From positions 27,328,795 to 27,392,794 of the forward strand of contig NC_092670.1 of the NCBI RefSeq assembly GCF_964355755.1: a stretch of 64,000 nt of DNA. The letters are read 5' to 3'. Below are positions 38,853 through 53,598 of the stretch, piece by piece. The notes beneath the pieces were generated by a model, which was not told the origin of the DNA, did not search any database, and saw nothing but the letters and a program-made list of their open reading frames with translations. The position numbers and the translations under genes were made by a program. The DNA comes from Antedon mediterranea. Taxonomy: Eukaryota > Animalia > Echinodermata. How positions within the stretch are numbered: position 1 is the first letter of the stretch; every line of letters starts with the position of its first letter.

Positions 38853-41800
38853 TTTCAAAAACAATATATATTTTCAATTTAAAAAAAAAAAGAAAAAAAA
38901 TATTCCTAGAGGTTCGAACCTACTACTGAGAGAACTCAAACCTGAGCATTACCGGTTACGCCACAAACCAGTAGATGAGTGAAGAGCTGATAATAGTCTA
39001 TTTATATGAAATGAATGATCCATCAATGTAAAATGATGTTATGCAACCTTGTTTCTGATTTAAAAAAGGTCCCCTTGGTTAGGCTTGACATTTAAAACCA
39101 TAAAAATATCTCACTTTTTAAAAACAATATTTATTTTCAAATAAAAAAAAAAAGAAAAAAAAATATCCCTAGAGGTTCGACCCACTATTCAGAGCACTCA
39201 AACCTGAGCATTACCCGTTAGGCCACAAACCAGTATATGACTGAAGAGCTGATAATAGTCTATTTATATGAAATGAATGATCAATCAATGAAAAATAATG
39301 CCATGCAACTTTGTTTCTGATTTTAAAAAAGATCCATTTGTTTAGACCTGACATTCACAACCCTAAAAAATATCTCATTTAAAAAAAAAAAAATTATTTT
39401 CAATAAGAAATAAAAAGCAATATCCCTAGAGGTTGGAACCAGCTACTGAGAGCACTCAAACCTGGGTATTACCCGTTACGCCACAAACCAGTACATAACT
39501 GAAGAGCTGATAATAGTATATTTATATGAAATTAATGATCAATCAATGAAAAATAATGCCATGCAACTTTGTTTCTGATTTTAAAAAAAGGTTCATTTGT
39601 TTAGGCCTGACATTTACAACCCTCAAAATATCTCACTTTAAAAAAAATATTTATTTTCAATTAAAAAAAAGAAAGAAAAGAAATATCCCTAGAGGTTCAA
39701 ACCCACTACTGCGAGCACTCAAACTTGAGCATTACTAGTTACGCCTCAAACCAGTAGATGACTGAAGAGCTGATAATACTCTATTTATATGAAATGAATA
39801 ATAAATCAATGAAAAATAATGCCATGCAACTTTGTTTCTGATTTTAAAAAAGATTCACTTGTTTAGGCCTGACATTTACAACCCTCAAAATATCTCACTT
39901 TCAAAAACAATATTTATTTTCATGTAAAAAAAAAAAAGAAACAAAATATCCGTAGAGGTTCGAACCCACTACTGAGAGAACTCAAACCTGAGCATTACCG
40001 GTTACGCCACAAACCAGTAGGTGAGTGAAGAGCTGATAATAGTCTATTTATATGAAATGCTGAATAATCCATCAATGTAAAATGATGTTATTTAACTTTG
40101 TTTCTGATTTAAAAAAAGGTCCACTTGGTTAGGCTTGACATTTAAAACCATAAAAATATCTCACTTTCAAAAACAATATTTATTTTCAAATAAAAAAAAA
40201 AAAAAAAATATCCCTAGAAGTTCGAACCCACTATTGAAATCACTCAAACCTGAGCATTACCCGTTACGCCGCAAACCAGTATATGACTGAAGAGGTGATA
40301 ATAGTCTATTTATATGAAATGGATGATCAATCAATGAAAAATAATGGAATGCAACTTTGTTTCTGATTTTAAAAAAGGTTCACTTGTTTAGGCCTGACAA
40401 GTGAACAACCCTCAAAATATCTCATTTCAAAAACCATATTTATTTTCAATTTAAAAAAAAAAGAAAAAAAATATCCCTATAGGTTCGACCCACTACTCAG
40501 AGCATTCAAACCTGAGCATTATCCGTTACGCCGCAAACCAGTATATGAATGAAGAGCTGATAATAGTCTATTTATATGAAATGGATGATCAATCAATGAA
40601 AAATAATGCCATGCAACTTTGTTTCTGATTTTAAAAAAGGTTCACTAGTTTAGGCCTGACAGTTGCAACCCTCAAAATATCTCACTTTCAAAAACAATAT
40701 TTATTTTCAATCAAAAAAAAAAGAAAAAAAATACACGTATAGGTTCGAACCCACTACTGAGAGCACTCAAACCTGAGCATTACCCGTTACGCCACAAACC
40801 AGTAGATGACTGAGGAGCTGATAATAGTCTATATATATGAAATAAATGATCAATCAATGAAAAATAATGCCATGCAACTTTGTTTCTGATTTTAAAAAAG
40901 GTTCACTAGTTTAGGCCTGACAGTTGCAACCCTCAAAATATCTCACTTTCAAAAACAATATTTATTTTCAATTTAAAAAAAAAAGAAAAAAAATGTCCCT
41001 AGAGGATCGACCCACTACTCAGAGCACTCAAACCTGAGCATTACCCGTTACGCCACAAACCAGTAGATGACTGAAGAGCTGATAATAGTCTATTTATATG
41101 AAATGAATTATCAATCAATGAAAAATAATGCCATGCAACTTTGTTTCTTATTTTAAAAAGATCCATTTGTTTAGGCCTGACATTCACAACCCTAAAAAAT
41201 ATCTCATTTTCAAAAAAAATATTTATTTTCAATAAGAAAAAAAAAAGCAATATCCCTAGAGGTTGGAACCCGCTACTGAGACCACTCAAACCTGGGTATT
41301 ACCCGTTACGCCACAAACCAGTAGATAACTGAAGATCTGATAATAGTCTATATATATAAAATGAATGATCAATCAATGAAAAATAATGCCATGCAACTTT
41401 GTTTCTGATTTTAAAAAAGGTCCACTTGTTTAGGACTGACATTTACAACCCTCAAAATATCTCACTTTCAAAAATCATATGTATTTTCAATTTAAAAAAA
41501 AAAAAAAAAATATCCCTAGAGGTTCGACCCACTACTCAGAGCACTCAAACCTGAGCATTACCCGTTACGCCACAAACCAGTAGATGACTGAAGAGCTGTT
41601 AATAGTCTATTTATATGAAATGAATTATCAATCAATGAAAAATAATGCCATGCAACTTTGTTTCTGATTTTAAAAAAGATCCATTTGTTTAGGCCTGACA
41701 GTTGCAACCCTCAAAATATCTCATTTTCAAAAACAATATTTATTTTCAATAAGAAAAAAAGAGAAAAAAAATACCCTTATAGGTTCAAACCCACTACTGA

Positions 41801-44800
41801 GAGCACTCAAACCTGAGCATTACCCGTTACGCCACAAACCAGTAGATGAGTGAAGAGCTGATAATAGTCTATTTATATGAAATGAATGATCCATCAATGT
41901 AAAATGATGTTATGCAACTTTGTTTCTGAATTTAAAAAAGGACCACTTGGTTAGGCTTGACAATTAAAACCATAAAAATATCTCACTTTCAAAAACAATA
42001 TTTATTTTCAAATAAAAAAAAAAAGAAAAAAAAATATTCCCAGAGGTTTGAACCCACTACTGAGAGAACGCAAACCTGAGCATTACCGGTTTCGCCACCA
42101 ACCAGTAGATGAGTGAAGGGCTGATAATAGTCTATTTATATGAAATGAATGATCCATCAATGTAAAATTATGTTATGCAACTTTGTTTCTGATTTAAAAA
42201 AAGGCCCACTTGGTTAGGCTTGACATTTAAAACCATAAAAATATCTCACTTTCAAAAACAATATTTATTTTCTAATAAAAAAAAAGAAGAAAAAAAATAT
42301 CCCTAGAAGTTCGAACCCACTATTGAAATCACTCAAACCTGAGCATTACCCGTTACGCCGCAAACCAGTATATGACTGAAAAGCTGATAATAGTCTATTT
42401 ATATGAAATGGATGATCAATCAATGAAAAATAATGCCATGCAACTTTGTTTCTGATTTTAAAGAAGGTTCACTTGTTTCGGCCTGACAGTTGCAACCCTC
42501 AAAATATCTCACTTTCAAAAACAATATTTATTTTCAATTAAAAAAAAGAGAAAAAAAATACCCTTATAGGTTCGAACCCACTACTGAGAGCACTCAAACC
42601 TGAGCATGACCCGTTACGCCACAAACCAGTAGATGAGTGAAGAGCTGATAATAGTCTATTTATATGAAATAGATGATCAATCAATGAAAAATAATGCCAT
42701 GCAACTTTGTTTCTGATTTTAAAAAAGGTTCACTTGTTTAGGCCTGACAGTTGCAACCCTCAAAATATCTCACTTTCAAAAACAATATTTATTTTCAATA
42801 AGAAAAAAAGAGAAAAAAAATATCCCTAGAGGTTCGACCCACTACTCAGAGCACTCAAACCTGAGCATTACCCGTTACGCCACAAACCAGTAGATGACTG
42901 AAGAGCTGTTAATAGTCTATTTATATGAAATGAATTATCAATCAATGAAAAATAATGCCATGCAACTTTGTTTCTGATTTTAAAAAAGATCCATTTGTTT
43001 AGGCCTGACATTTACAACCCTCAAAATATCTCACTTTCAAAAAAAATATTTATTTTCAATAAGAAAAAAAAGCAATATCCCTAGAGGTTGGAACCCGCTA
43101 CTGAGACCACTCAAACCTGGGTATTACCCGTTACGCCACAAACCAGTAGATAACTGAAGAGCTGATAATAGTCTATTTATATGAAATTAATGATCAATCA
43201 ATGAAAAATAATGCCATGCAACTTTGTTTCTGATTTTAAAAAAGGTTCATTTGTTTAGGCCTGACATTTACAACCCTCAAAATATCTCACTTTCAATAAG
43301 AAAAAAAAGCAATATCCCTAGAGGTTGGAACCCGCTACTGAGACCACTCAAACCTGGGTATTACCCGTTACGCCACAAACCAGTAGATAACTGAAGAGCT
43401 GATAATAGTCTATTTATATGAAATTAATGATCAATCAATGAAAAATAATGCCATGCAACTTTGTTTCTGATTTTAAAAAAGGTTCATTTGTTTAGGCCTG
43501 ACATTTACAACCCTCAAAATATCTCACTTTCAAAAAAAAAATATTTATTTTCAATTAAAAAAAAAAGAAAAAAAATATCCCTAGAGGTTCGACCCACTAC
43601 TCAGAGAACTCAAACTTGAGCATTACCCGTTACGCCACAAACCAGTAGATGACTGAAGAGCTGATAATAGTCTATTTATATGAAATTAATGATCAATCAA
43701 TGAAAAATAATGTCATGCAACTTTGTTTCTGATTTTAAAAAAGATCCATTTGTTTAGGCCTGTCATTCACAACCCTAAAAAATATCTCATTTTCCAAAAA
43801 AATAATTTTTTTCAATAAGAAAAAAAAAAAGCAATATCTCTAGAGGTTGGAACCCGCTACTGAGAGCACTCAAACCTGGGTATTACCCGTTACGCCACGA
43901 ACCAGTAGATAACTGAAGAGCTGATAATAGTCTATTTATATGAAATTAATGATCAATCAATGAAAAATAATGCCATGCAACTTTGTTTCTGATTTTAAAA
44001 AAGGTTCTTTTTTTTAGGCCTGACATTTACAACCCTCAAAATATCTCACTTTCAAAAAAAATATTTATTTTCAATTAAAAAAAAGAAAGAAAAGAAAAAT
44101 CCCAAGAGGTTCGAACCCACTACTGCGAACACTCAAACTTGAGCATTACCCATTACGCCTCAAACCAGTAGATGACTGAAGAGCTGATAATAGTCTATTG
44201 ATATGAAATGAATGATCAATCAATGAAAAATAATGCCAGGCAACTTTGTTTCTGATTTTAAAAAAGGTTCACTTGTTTAGGCCTGACATTCACAACCCTA
44301 AAAAAATCTCATTTTCCCAAAAAATTCTTATTTTCAATAAGAAAAAAAAAAAGAAATATCCCTAGAGGTTGGAACCCGCTACTGAGAGTACTCAAACCTG
44401 GGCATTACCCGTTACACCACAAACCAGTAGATAACTCAAGAGCTGATAATAGTCTATTTATATGAAATTAATGATCAATCAATGAAAAATAATGCCATGC
44501 AACTTTGTTTCTGATTTTAAAAAAGGTTCATTTGTTTAGGCCTGACATTTACAACCCTCAAAATATCTCACTTTCAAAAAAAATATTTATTTTCAATTAA
44601 AAAAAAGAAAGAAAGAAATATCCCTAGAGGTTCGAACCCACTACTGCGAGCACTCAAACTTGAGCATTACCCGTTACGCCTCAAACCAGTAGATGACTGA
44701 AGAGCTGATAATACTCTATTTATATGAAATGAATAATAAATCAATGAAAAATAATGCCATGCAACTTTGTTTCTGATTTAAAAAATGTTCACTTGTTTAG

Positions 44801-46015
44801 GCCTGACATTTACAACCCTCAAAATATCTCACTTTCAAAAATAATATTTATTTTCAATTAAAAAAAAAAAGAAACAAAATATCCGTAGAGGTTCGAACCC
44901 ACTAGTGAGAGCACTCAAACTTGAGTATTACCCGTTACGCCACAAACCAGTAGATGACTGAAGAGCTGATAATACTCTATTTATATGAAATAAATAATAA
45001 ATCAATGAAAAATAATGCCATGCAACTTTGTTTCTGATTTTAAAAAAGGTCCACTTGTTTAGGCCTGATATTTACAACCCTCAAAATATCTCACTTTCAA
45101 AAACCATATTTATTTTCAATTTAAAAAAAAAAGAAAAAAAATGTCCCCAGAGGATCGACCCACTACTCAGAGCACTCAAACTTGAGCATTACCCATTACG
45201 CCTCAAACCAGTAGATGACTGAAGTGCTGATAATAGTCTATTTATATGAAATGAATGATCAATCAATGAAAAATAATGCCATGCAACTTTGTTTCTGATT
45301 TTAAAAAAGGTCCACTTGTTTAGGCCTGACATTCACAACCCTAAAAAAATCTCATTTTCCCAATAAGAAAAAAAAAAGAAATATCCCTAGAGGTTGGAAC
45401 CCGCTACTGAGAATACTCAAACCTGGGCATTACCCGTTACACCACAAACCAGTAGATAACTGAAGAGCTGATAATAGTCTATTTATATGAAATTAATGAT
45501 CAATCAATAAAAAATAATGCCATTCAACTTTGTTTCTGATTTTAAAAAAAGGTTCATTTATTTAGGCCTGACATTTACAACCCTCAAAATATCTCACTTT
45601 AAAAAAAAACTTTTATTTTCAATTAAAAAAAAAAAGAAAGGAAATATCCCTAGAGGTTCGAACCCACTACTGCGAGCACTCAAACTTGAGCATTATCCGT
45701 TACGCCACAAACCAGTAGATGGCTGAGTAGCTGATAATATTCTATTTATATGAAATGAATGATCAATCAATGAAACATAATGCCATGCAACTTTGTTTCT
45801 GATTTAAAAAAATGTCCACTTGTTTAAGCCTGACATTTACTACCCTCAAAATATCTCACTTTTAAAAAACCATATTTATTTTCAATTTAAAAAAAAAAAG
45901 AAAAAACAATATCCCTAGAGGTTCGACCCACAACTCAGAGCACTCAAACCTGAGCATTACCCGTTAGGCCACAAACCAGTAGATGACTGAAGAGCTGATA
46001 ATAGTCTATTTATAT

Positions 46016-47190
46016 CAATATATATATCAATTTTCAAAATAGCATGGGCTTAGATAATATACCATCTTTTTATTATAATGTTCTAAAGTGTTGTGTTGAA
46101 TTTAATAATATGAATAATGAAGGTACAATTAACGAGTATGAAGAAGTGATAAAACAAAACTTATGGGGTAATAATGATATTAAATATAGAAACAAACCAC
46201 TATTCTTTAAGAAGTGGATAGATGCAGGTTTTAATCAAATTGGAGATATAATTATTTTCAATCGTCTAATGAAACCTATAGAAATAATTAAACAATTACG
46301 TATTAAGAAAAACTGGATAGCTGAATATTTTTCTCTAACCAGAGCTATTCCAAAAGAGTGGTTAAGTATAATTAAACATAATATGCCAAATATGAACCAA
46401 TATATGAATGTGAATCTGGAATACAATATCAACAATATAATTAAGATGACAACAAAAGATGTTTATTCTAACTTTGTTAATAATGTTTTTATTCCCCCGA
46501 AAAGCATACTTAAATGGAATAACATATTCAATGAAGATATCAAGTGGTGTGATGTCTGGAAAAGAAAAGTGAAAAACGAAAAAATTAAGAAATTTGCACA
46601 ATTGAATTACAAATTACTAAATAGAGTTGTACCTACAAATCTAAAACTGTATAACTGGAAACTGAAAAATAATAACATATGTAACAATTGTGGAGTCATT
46701 GAAGACGAAAAACATATGTTTTATTATTGTAGACGTAATCAAATAATGTGGGAAAAAATTGACAATATATTTAAAAAGCTAGATAACAGCAGTAGCTCGT
46801 TCAAAGAACTCCTGTTAGGAAGTAAATGTCAATTAAAAAACCAATTGTATTCAATAGCTGTGTACGTCATATACATAATTAAAATTAAAACTGAACTTAA
46901 AAAACCTGTATGCCAGAATCCCTGGATTCAGTTTAAATATATTTTAAAAGATATGAATACACTAGGCATGTTGTAACTTATAAGTGGCATCCATTTTTGT
47001 ATTTTAAGATGTACAGTTTTTGTATGCATATAATCAAACCACTATATGTATAAAGGTTAAAAGAGTAAAAATCAGAAAATAACGAAAAAAGTAGAAAACA
47101 GAAATTTAATGTATGAAAATGAAATGTGAACGAAATTTGTATGAAAGAATGAATAAAGGTGGTGGTTAACCACAAAAGAGAAAAAAAAAA
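46016..47190 (+). mobile_element. 5'-truncated non-LTR retrotransposon, L1/Tx1 clade (3' end)
   Basis: ORF 46044-46976 with IPSFY, LWGNNDI, WIDAG...IGDI, AIPKEW, KWN, and a CCHC-type motif CNNCGVIEDEKHMFYYC typical of the L1/Tx1 ORF2 C-terminus. AATAAA at 47152 and an A-tail to ~47190. Confidence 0.85.
46044..46976 (+). pseudogene. C-terminal fragment of L1/Tx1 ORF2 (zinc-binding region; no RT core)
   Basis: 310-aa uninterrupted frame ending in the C-x2-C-x7-H-x4-C region; the start is cut off by the satellite junction. Confidence 0.8.
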
Positions 47191-50100
47191 ATATCTCATT
47201 TTCAAAATAAATATTTATTTGCAATAAGAAAAAAAAAGCAATATCCCTAGAGGTTGGAACCCGCTACTGAGAGCACTCAAACCTGGATATTACCCGTTAC
47301 GCCACAAACCAGTAGATAACTGAAGAGCTGATAATAATATATTTATATGAAATTAATGATCAATTAATGAAAAATAATGCCATGCAACTTTGTTTCTGAT
47401 TTTAAAAAAGGTTTATTTGTTTAGGCCTGACATTTACAACCCTCAAAATATCTCAATTAAAAAAAAAATATTTATTTTCAATTAAAAAAAAGAAAGAAAA
47501 GAAATATCCCTAGAGGTTCGAACCCACTACTGCGAGCACTCAAACTTGAGCATTACCCGTTACGCCTCAAACCAGTAGATGACTGAAGAGCTGATAATAC
47601 TCTATTTATATGAAATCAATAATAAATCAATGAAAAATAATGCCATGCAGCTTTGTTTCTGATTTCAAAAAAGGTTCACTTGTTTAGGCCTGACATTTAC
47701 AACCCTCAAAATATCTCACTTTCAAAAACAATATTTATTTTCAATTAAAAAAAAAAGAAACAAAATATCCGTAGAGGTTCGAACCCACTAGTGAGAGCAC
47801 TCAAACTTGAGTATTACCCGTTACGCCACAAACCAGTAGATGACTGAAGAGCTGATAATACTCTATTTATATGAAATAAATAATAAATCAATGAAAAATA
47901 ATGCCATGCAACTTTGTTTCTGATTGAAAAAAATGTCCACTTGTTTAGGCCTGACATTTACAACCCTCAAAATATCTCACTTTCAAAAACAATATTTATT
48001 TTCAAATAAAAAAAAATAAAAAAATATTCCTAGAGGTTCGAACCCACTACTGAGAGCACTCAAACCTGAACATTACCGGTTACGCCACCAACCAGTAGAT
48101 GAGTGAACGAGCTGATAATAGTCTATTTATATGAAATCAATGATCCAGCAATGTAAAATTATGTTATTCAACTTTTTTTCTAAAAAAAGGTCCACTTGTT
48201 CAGGCCTGACATTTACAACACTCAAAATATCTCACTTTCAAAAACAATATTTATTTTCAATTAAAAAAAAAAAAGAAAAAAAATATTCGTAGAGGTTCGA
48301 ACCCACTACTGCGAGAACTCAAACCTGACCACTACCGGTTACGCCACAAACCAGTAGATAAATGAAGAGCTGATAATAGTCTATTTATATGAAATTAATG
48401 ATCAATCAATGAAAAATAATGCCATGAAACTTTGTTTCTGATTTAAAAAAAGGTCCACTTGGTTAGGCTTGACATTTAAAACCATAAAAATATCTCACTT
48501 TCAAAAACAATATTTATTTTCAAATTAAAAAAAAAAGAAAAAAATTATCCCTAGAAGTTCGAATCCACTATTGAAATCACTCAAACCTGAGCATTACCCG
48601 TTACGCCACAAACCAGTAGATGAGTGAAGAGCTGATAATAGTCTATTTATATGAAATGAATGATCAATCAATGAAAAATAATGCCATGCAACTTTGTTTC
48701 TGATTTAAAAAAAGATCCATTTGTTTAGGCCTGTCATTCACAACCCTAAAAAATATCTCATTTTCAAAAAAAATATTTATTTTCAATAAGAAAAAAAAAA
48801 GCAGTATCCCTAGAAGTTGGAACCCGCTACTGAGAGCACTCAAACCTGGGTATTACCCGTTACGCCACAAACCAGTAGATAACTGAAGAGCTGATAATAG
48901 TTTATTTATATGAAATTAATGATCAATCAATGAAAAATAATGCCATGCAACTTTGTTTCTGATTTTAAAAAAAGGTTCATTTGTTTAGGCCTGACATTTA
49001 CAACCCTCAAAATATCTCAATTAAAAAAAAAATATTTATTTTCAATTAAAAAAAAAAAGAAAAGAAATATCCCTAGAGGTTCGAACCCACTACTGCGAGC
49101 ACTCAAACTTGAGCATTACCCGTTACGCCTCAAACCAGTAGATGACTGAAGAGCTGATAATACTCTATTTATATGAAATGAATAATAAATCAATGAAAAA
49201 TAATGCCATGCAGCTTTGTTTCTGATTTTAAAAAAGGTTCACTTGTTTAGGCCTGACATTTACAACCCTCAAAATATCTCACTTTCAAAAACAATATTTA
49301 TTTTCAATTAAAAAAAAAAGAAACAAAATATCCGTAGAGGTTCGAACCCACTAGTGAGAGCACTCAAACTTGAGCATTACCCGTTACGCCACAAACCAGT
49401 AGATGACTGAAGAGCTGATAATACTCTATTTATATGAAATAAATAATAAATCAATGAAAAATAATGCCATGCAACTTTGTTTCTGATTGAAAAAAATGTC
49501 CACTTGTTTAGGCCTGACATTTACAACCCTCAAAATATCTCACTTTCAAAAACAATATTTATTTTCAAATAAAAAAAAATAAAAAAATATTCCTAGAGGT
49601 TCGAACCCACTACTGGGAGCACTCAAACCTGAGCATTCTCCGTTACGCCACAAACCAGTAGATGGCTGAGTAGCTGATAATAGTCTATTTATATGAAATG
49701 AATGATCAATCAATGAAAAATAATGCCATGCAACTTTATTTCTGCTTTTAAAAAAGATCCATTTGTTTAGGCCTGACATTCACAACCCTAAAAAATATCT
49801 CATTTAAAAAAAAAATATTTATTTTCAATAAGAAAAAAAAAAGCAATATCACTAGAGGTTGGAACCCGCTACTGAGAGCACTCAAACCTGGGTATTACCC
49901 GTTACGCCACAAACCAGTAGATAACTGAAGAGCTGATAATAGTCTATTTATATGAAATTAATGATCAATCAATGAAAAATAATGCCATGCAACTTTGTTT
50001 CTGATTTTAAAAAAGATCCATTTGTTTAGACCTGACATTCACAACCCTAAAAAATATCTCATTTAAAAAAAAAAATTATTTTCAATAAGAAAAAAAAGCA

Positions 50101-50715
50101 ATATCCCTAGAGGTTGGAACCCGCTACTGAGATCATTCAAACCTGGGTAATACCCGTTACGCCACAAACCAGTAGATGACTGAAGAGCTGATAATAGTCT
50201 TTTTATAATGTATGGATGATCAATCAATGAAAAATAATACCATGCAACTTTGTTTCTGATTTTAAAAAAGGTTCACTTGTTTAGGCCTGACCGTTGCAAC
50301 CCTCAAAATATCTCATTTTCAAAAAAAATGTTTATTTTCAATAAGGAAAAAAAAGCAATATCCCTAGAGGTTGGAACCCGCTACTGAGAGCACTCAACCC
50401 TGGGTATTACCCGTTAGGCCACAAACCAGTATATGATTGAAGAGATGATAATAGTCTATTTATATGAAATAGATGATCAATCATTGAAAAATAATGCCAT
50501 GCAACTTTGTTTCTGATTTTAAAAAAGGTTCACTTGTTTAGGCCTGACAGTTGCAACTCTCAAAATATCTCACTTTCAAAAACAATATTTATTTTCAATA
50601 AGAAAAAAAGAGAAAAAAAATACCCTTATAGGTTCGAACCCACTACTGAGAGCACTCAAACCTGAGCATTACCCGTTACGCCACAAACCAGTAGATGAGT
50701 GAAGAGCTGATAATA

Positions 50716-53598
50716 TCACGTGATTGCGGGGCGCCCTCGCAATCATCTTTTGACAGCGTGAGCATCTCATCCTCTTCACCTCACGCTGTCAACAGATTAC
50801 CACGCCAGTTTTTGGCTAAGTAAAATAATTTTCACTTTTACATTTACCAGTTCATTTTATCCTCATACACTTATAGGCTGTGTGAACTCACACAATATAC
50901 TTTGACTGGAATTTATCTAACACCTTATCTTACCCCCATTCTGTTCGATTTTTTGTACTTTACTGTAATTTTGTTGTCTGGTTGTGTCCTACTAACTAGG
51001 CTCAACTCATTCGTTTCCGGTTTGAGCGAAAGCCTCGCTTTCCAACACGGCTTGGGTAATTCGTCCGACTCCATACTTGGTTCACATCAACCTTTGCCTG
51101 ACTTCCGAATCAGTCATCACTATGAATGATAATACTGTACTGTTCTTTGGGGGGTGCCCGGCCTAAAGATAAACGACCTAACTAATTTTGTAAATCAAGT
51201 GGCAACATTCAAGCCAGATTTTTGATAATCGTCCTCGGATCGAATGACCTAGTTAAAAAGTAAGGTCTGCTTTCATACACGGAGCCTCTTATGCTAAGTT
51301 ATGCCATTAAATAACAACAATCTTATTATCTGTTACTACTACTGCAGTCACTGTGGACAATCCGGAACCGGATTTTAGAGGAAAAAAAAAACATAATTAA
51401 ACAGAATAAACAAAAAAAAAATGCCAGGCAATACACTGTTGACACCATTTATTATTTTTCCATTGTTTTACATCCAAAAGAAATAAATAATAACTTGTTG
51501 TTTTTCTTTCTTGATGCTACGCTAAACTGGCAAATATTTTGCACAAATCTGAATGGTTTATAGTTAGTATAGCATTCATCTTATGACTCATGCTGGTTCC
51601 CTAAGTACATCATTCATTATATTAAGACACATGCTGGTTTCCAAAGTACAGCATTCATTATGACTCATGCTAGTTTCCCAAGTACAGCATTCATTATGAC
51701 GATATGATGCTGGTTCCTATACTACCACCACATAATTGACTTATGCTGGTTCATACGCCGACATACGCCGGTGTTTTATCACTCATCCTCTTAAGTACAG
51801 CATTCATTATATGACTCATGCTGGTTCCTATACTACCACCACATAAATTGCTTATGCTGGTTCATACGCCGACATACGCCGGTGTTTTATCACTCATCCT
51901 CTTACGTACAGCATTCATTATGACTCATGCTGGTTCCCATACTACCACCACATAATTACTTATGCTGCTTCATTTACTACCCCCACATACGGCGGTGTTT
52001 TATCACTCATGCTCTTAAGTACAGCATTCATTTTATGACTCATGCTGGTTTCACTACTACCACCACATAATTTCTTATGCTGGTTCATTAACCCTTCTAC
52101 CACCACATAATTTCTTATGCTGGTTCATTACCTACCTCCACATACGGCGGTGTTTTATCACTCATGCCCTTAAGTACAGCATTCTTTATATGACTCATGC
52201 TGGTTATATGACTCATGCTGGTTTCACTACTACCACCACATAATTTCTTATGCTGGTTCACCATTATATGAATACTACCACCACATAATTTCTTATGCTG
52301 GTTTACCATTATATGACTACTACCACCAAATAATTTCTTATGCTGGTTCACCATTATATGAATACTACCACCACATAATTTCTTATGCTGGTTTACCATT
52401 ATATGAATACTACCACCACATAATTTCTTATGCTGGTTTACCATTATATGACTACTACCACCACATAATTTCTTATGCTGGTTCACCATTATATGACTAC
52501 TACCACCACATAATTTCTTATGCTGGTTTACCATTATATGACTACTACCACCACATAATTTCTTATGCTGGTTCACCATTATATGACTACTACCACCACA
52601 TAATTTCTTATGCTGGTTTACCATTATATGACTACTACCACCACATAATTTCTTATGCTGGTTCACCATTATATGACTACTACCACCACATAATTTCTTA
52701 TGCTGGTTTACCATTATATGACTACTACCACCACATAATTTCTTATGCTGGTTCACCATTATATGACTACTACCACCACATAATTTCTTATGCTGGTTTA
52801 CCATTATATGACTACTACCACCACATAATTTCTTATGCTGGTTTACCATTATATGACTACTACCACCACATAATTTCTTATGCTGGTTCACCATTATATG
52901 ACTACTACCACCACATAATTTCTTATGCTGGTTTACCATTATATGACTACCACCACCACATAATTTCTTATGCTGGTTTACCATTATATGACTACTACCA
53001 CCACATAATTTCTTATGCTGGTTCACCATTATATGACTACTACCACCACATAATTTCTTATGCTGGTTTACCACTATATGACTACCACCACCACATAATT
53101 TCTTATGCTGGTTTACCATTATATGACTACTACCACCACATAATTTCTTATGCTGGTTCATTCATTATATTATGACTCATGCTGGTTCCCCTATTACCAC
53201 CACATAATTACTTATGCTGGTTCATTAACCCTACTACCACCACATGATTTCTTATGCTGGTTCATTACCCACCCCCACATACGGCGGTGTTTTTATCACT
53301 CATGCTCTTAAGTACAGCATTCATTATATGACTCATGCTGGTTTCCCTACTACCACCGCATAATTACTTATGCTGGTTCATTAACTACCCCCACATACGG
53401 CGGTGTTTTATCACTCATGCTCTTAAGTACAGCATTCATTATTTGACTCATGCTGGTTATTTGACTCATGCTGGTCCCCCTACTATCACCCCATAGGGCG
53501 GTGGTGTCTTATCACCCTCCTCTAAGTACAGCATTTCTTTAAATGACTCATGCTGGTTTCATTCTCTACCCCAATGCTGACTCTTGTCTCCAATCTTT
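50716..53598. other. Unclassified 2.9-kb insert in SatB (terminal hairpins, unique segment, nested tandem repeats)
   Basis: SatB stops after gctgataata (50715) and resumes at ttacgccacaaacc (~53599). No TSD or TIR recognised. Confidence 0.7.
52261..53160. repeat. 45-bp minisatellite, 20 near-perfect copies, inside a degenerate related array (51570-53580)
   Basis: Unit ccattatatgactactaccaccacataatttcttatgctggtt(c/t)a; 900 bp = 20 x 45. Confidence 0.97.

Noticed and set aside
52115-53161. 348-aa ORF of MVNQHKKLCGGSSHI repeats
   Set aside because: It is a stop-free frame of a 45-bp minisatellite, with a non-ATG start and no unique domain or splice context; most likely non-coding.
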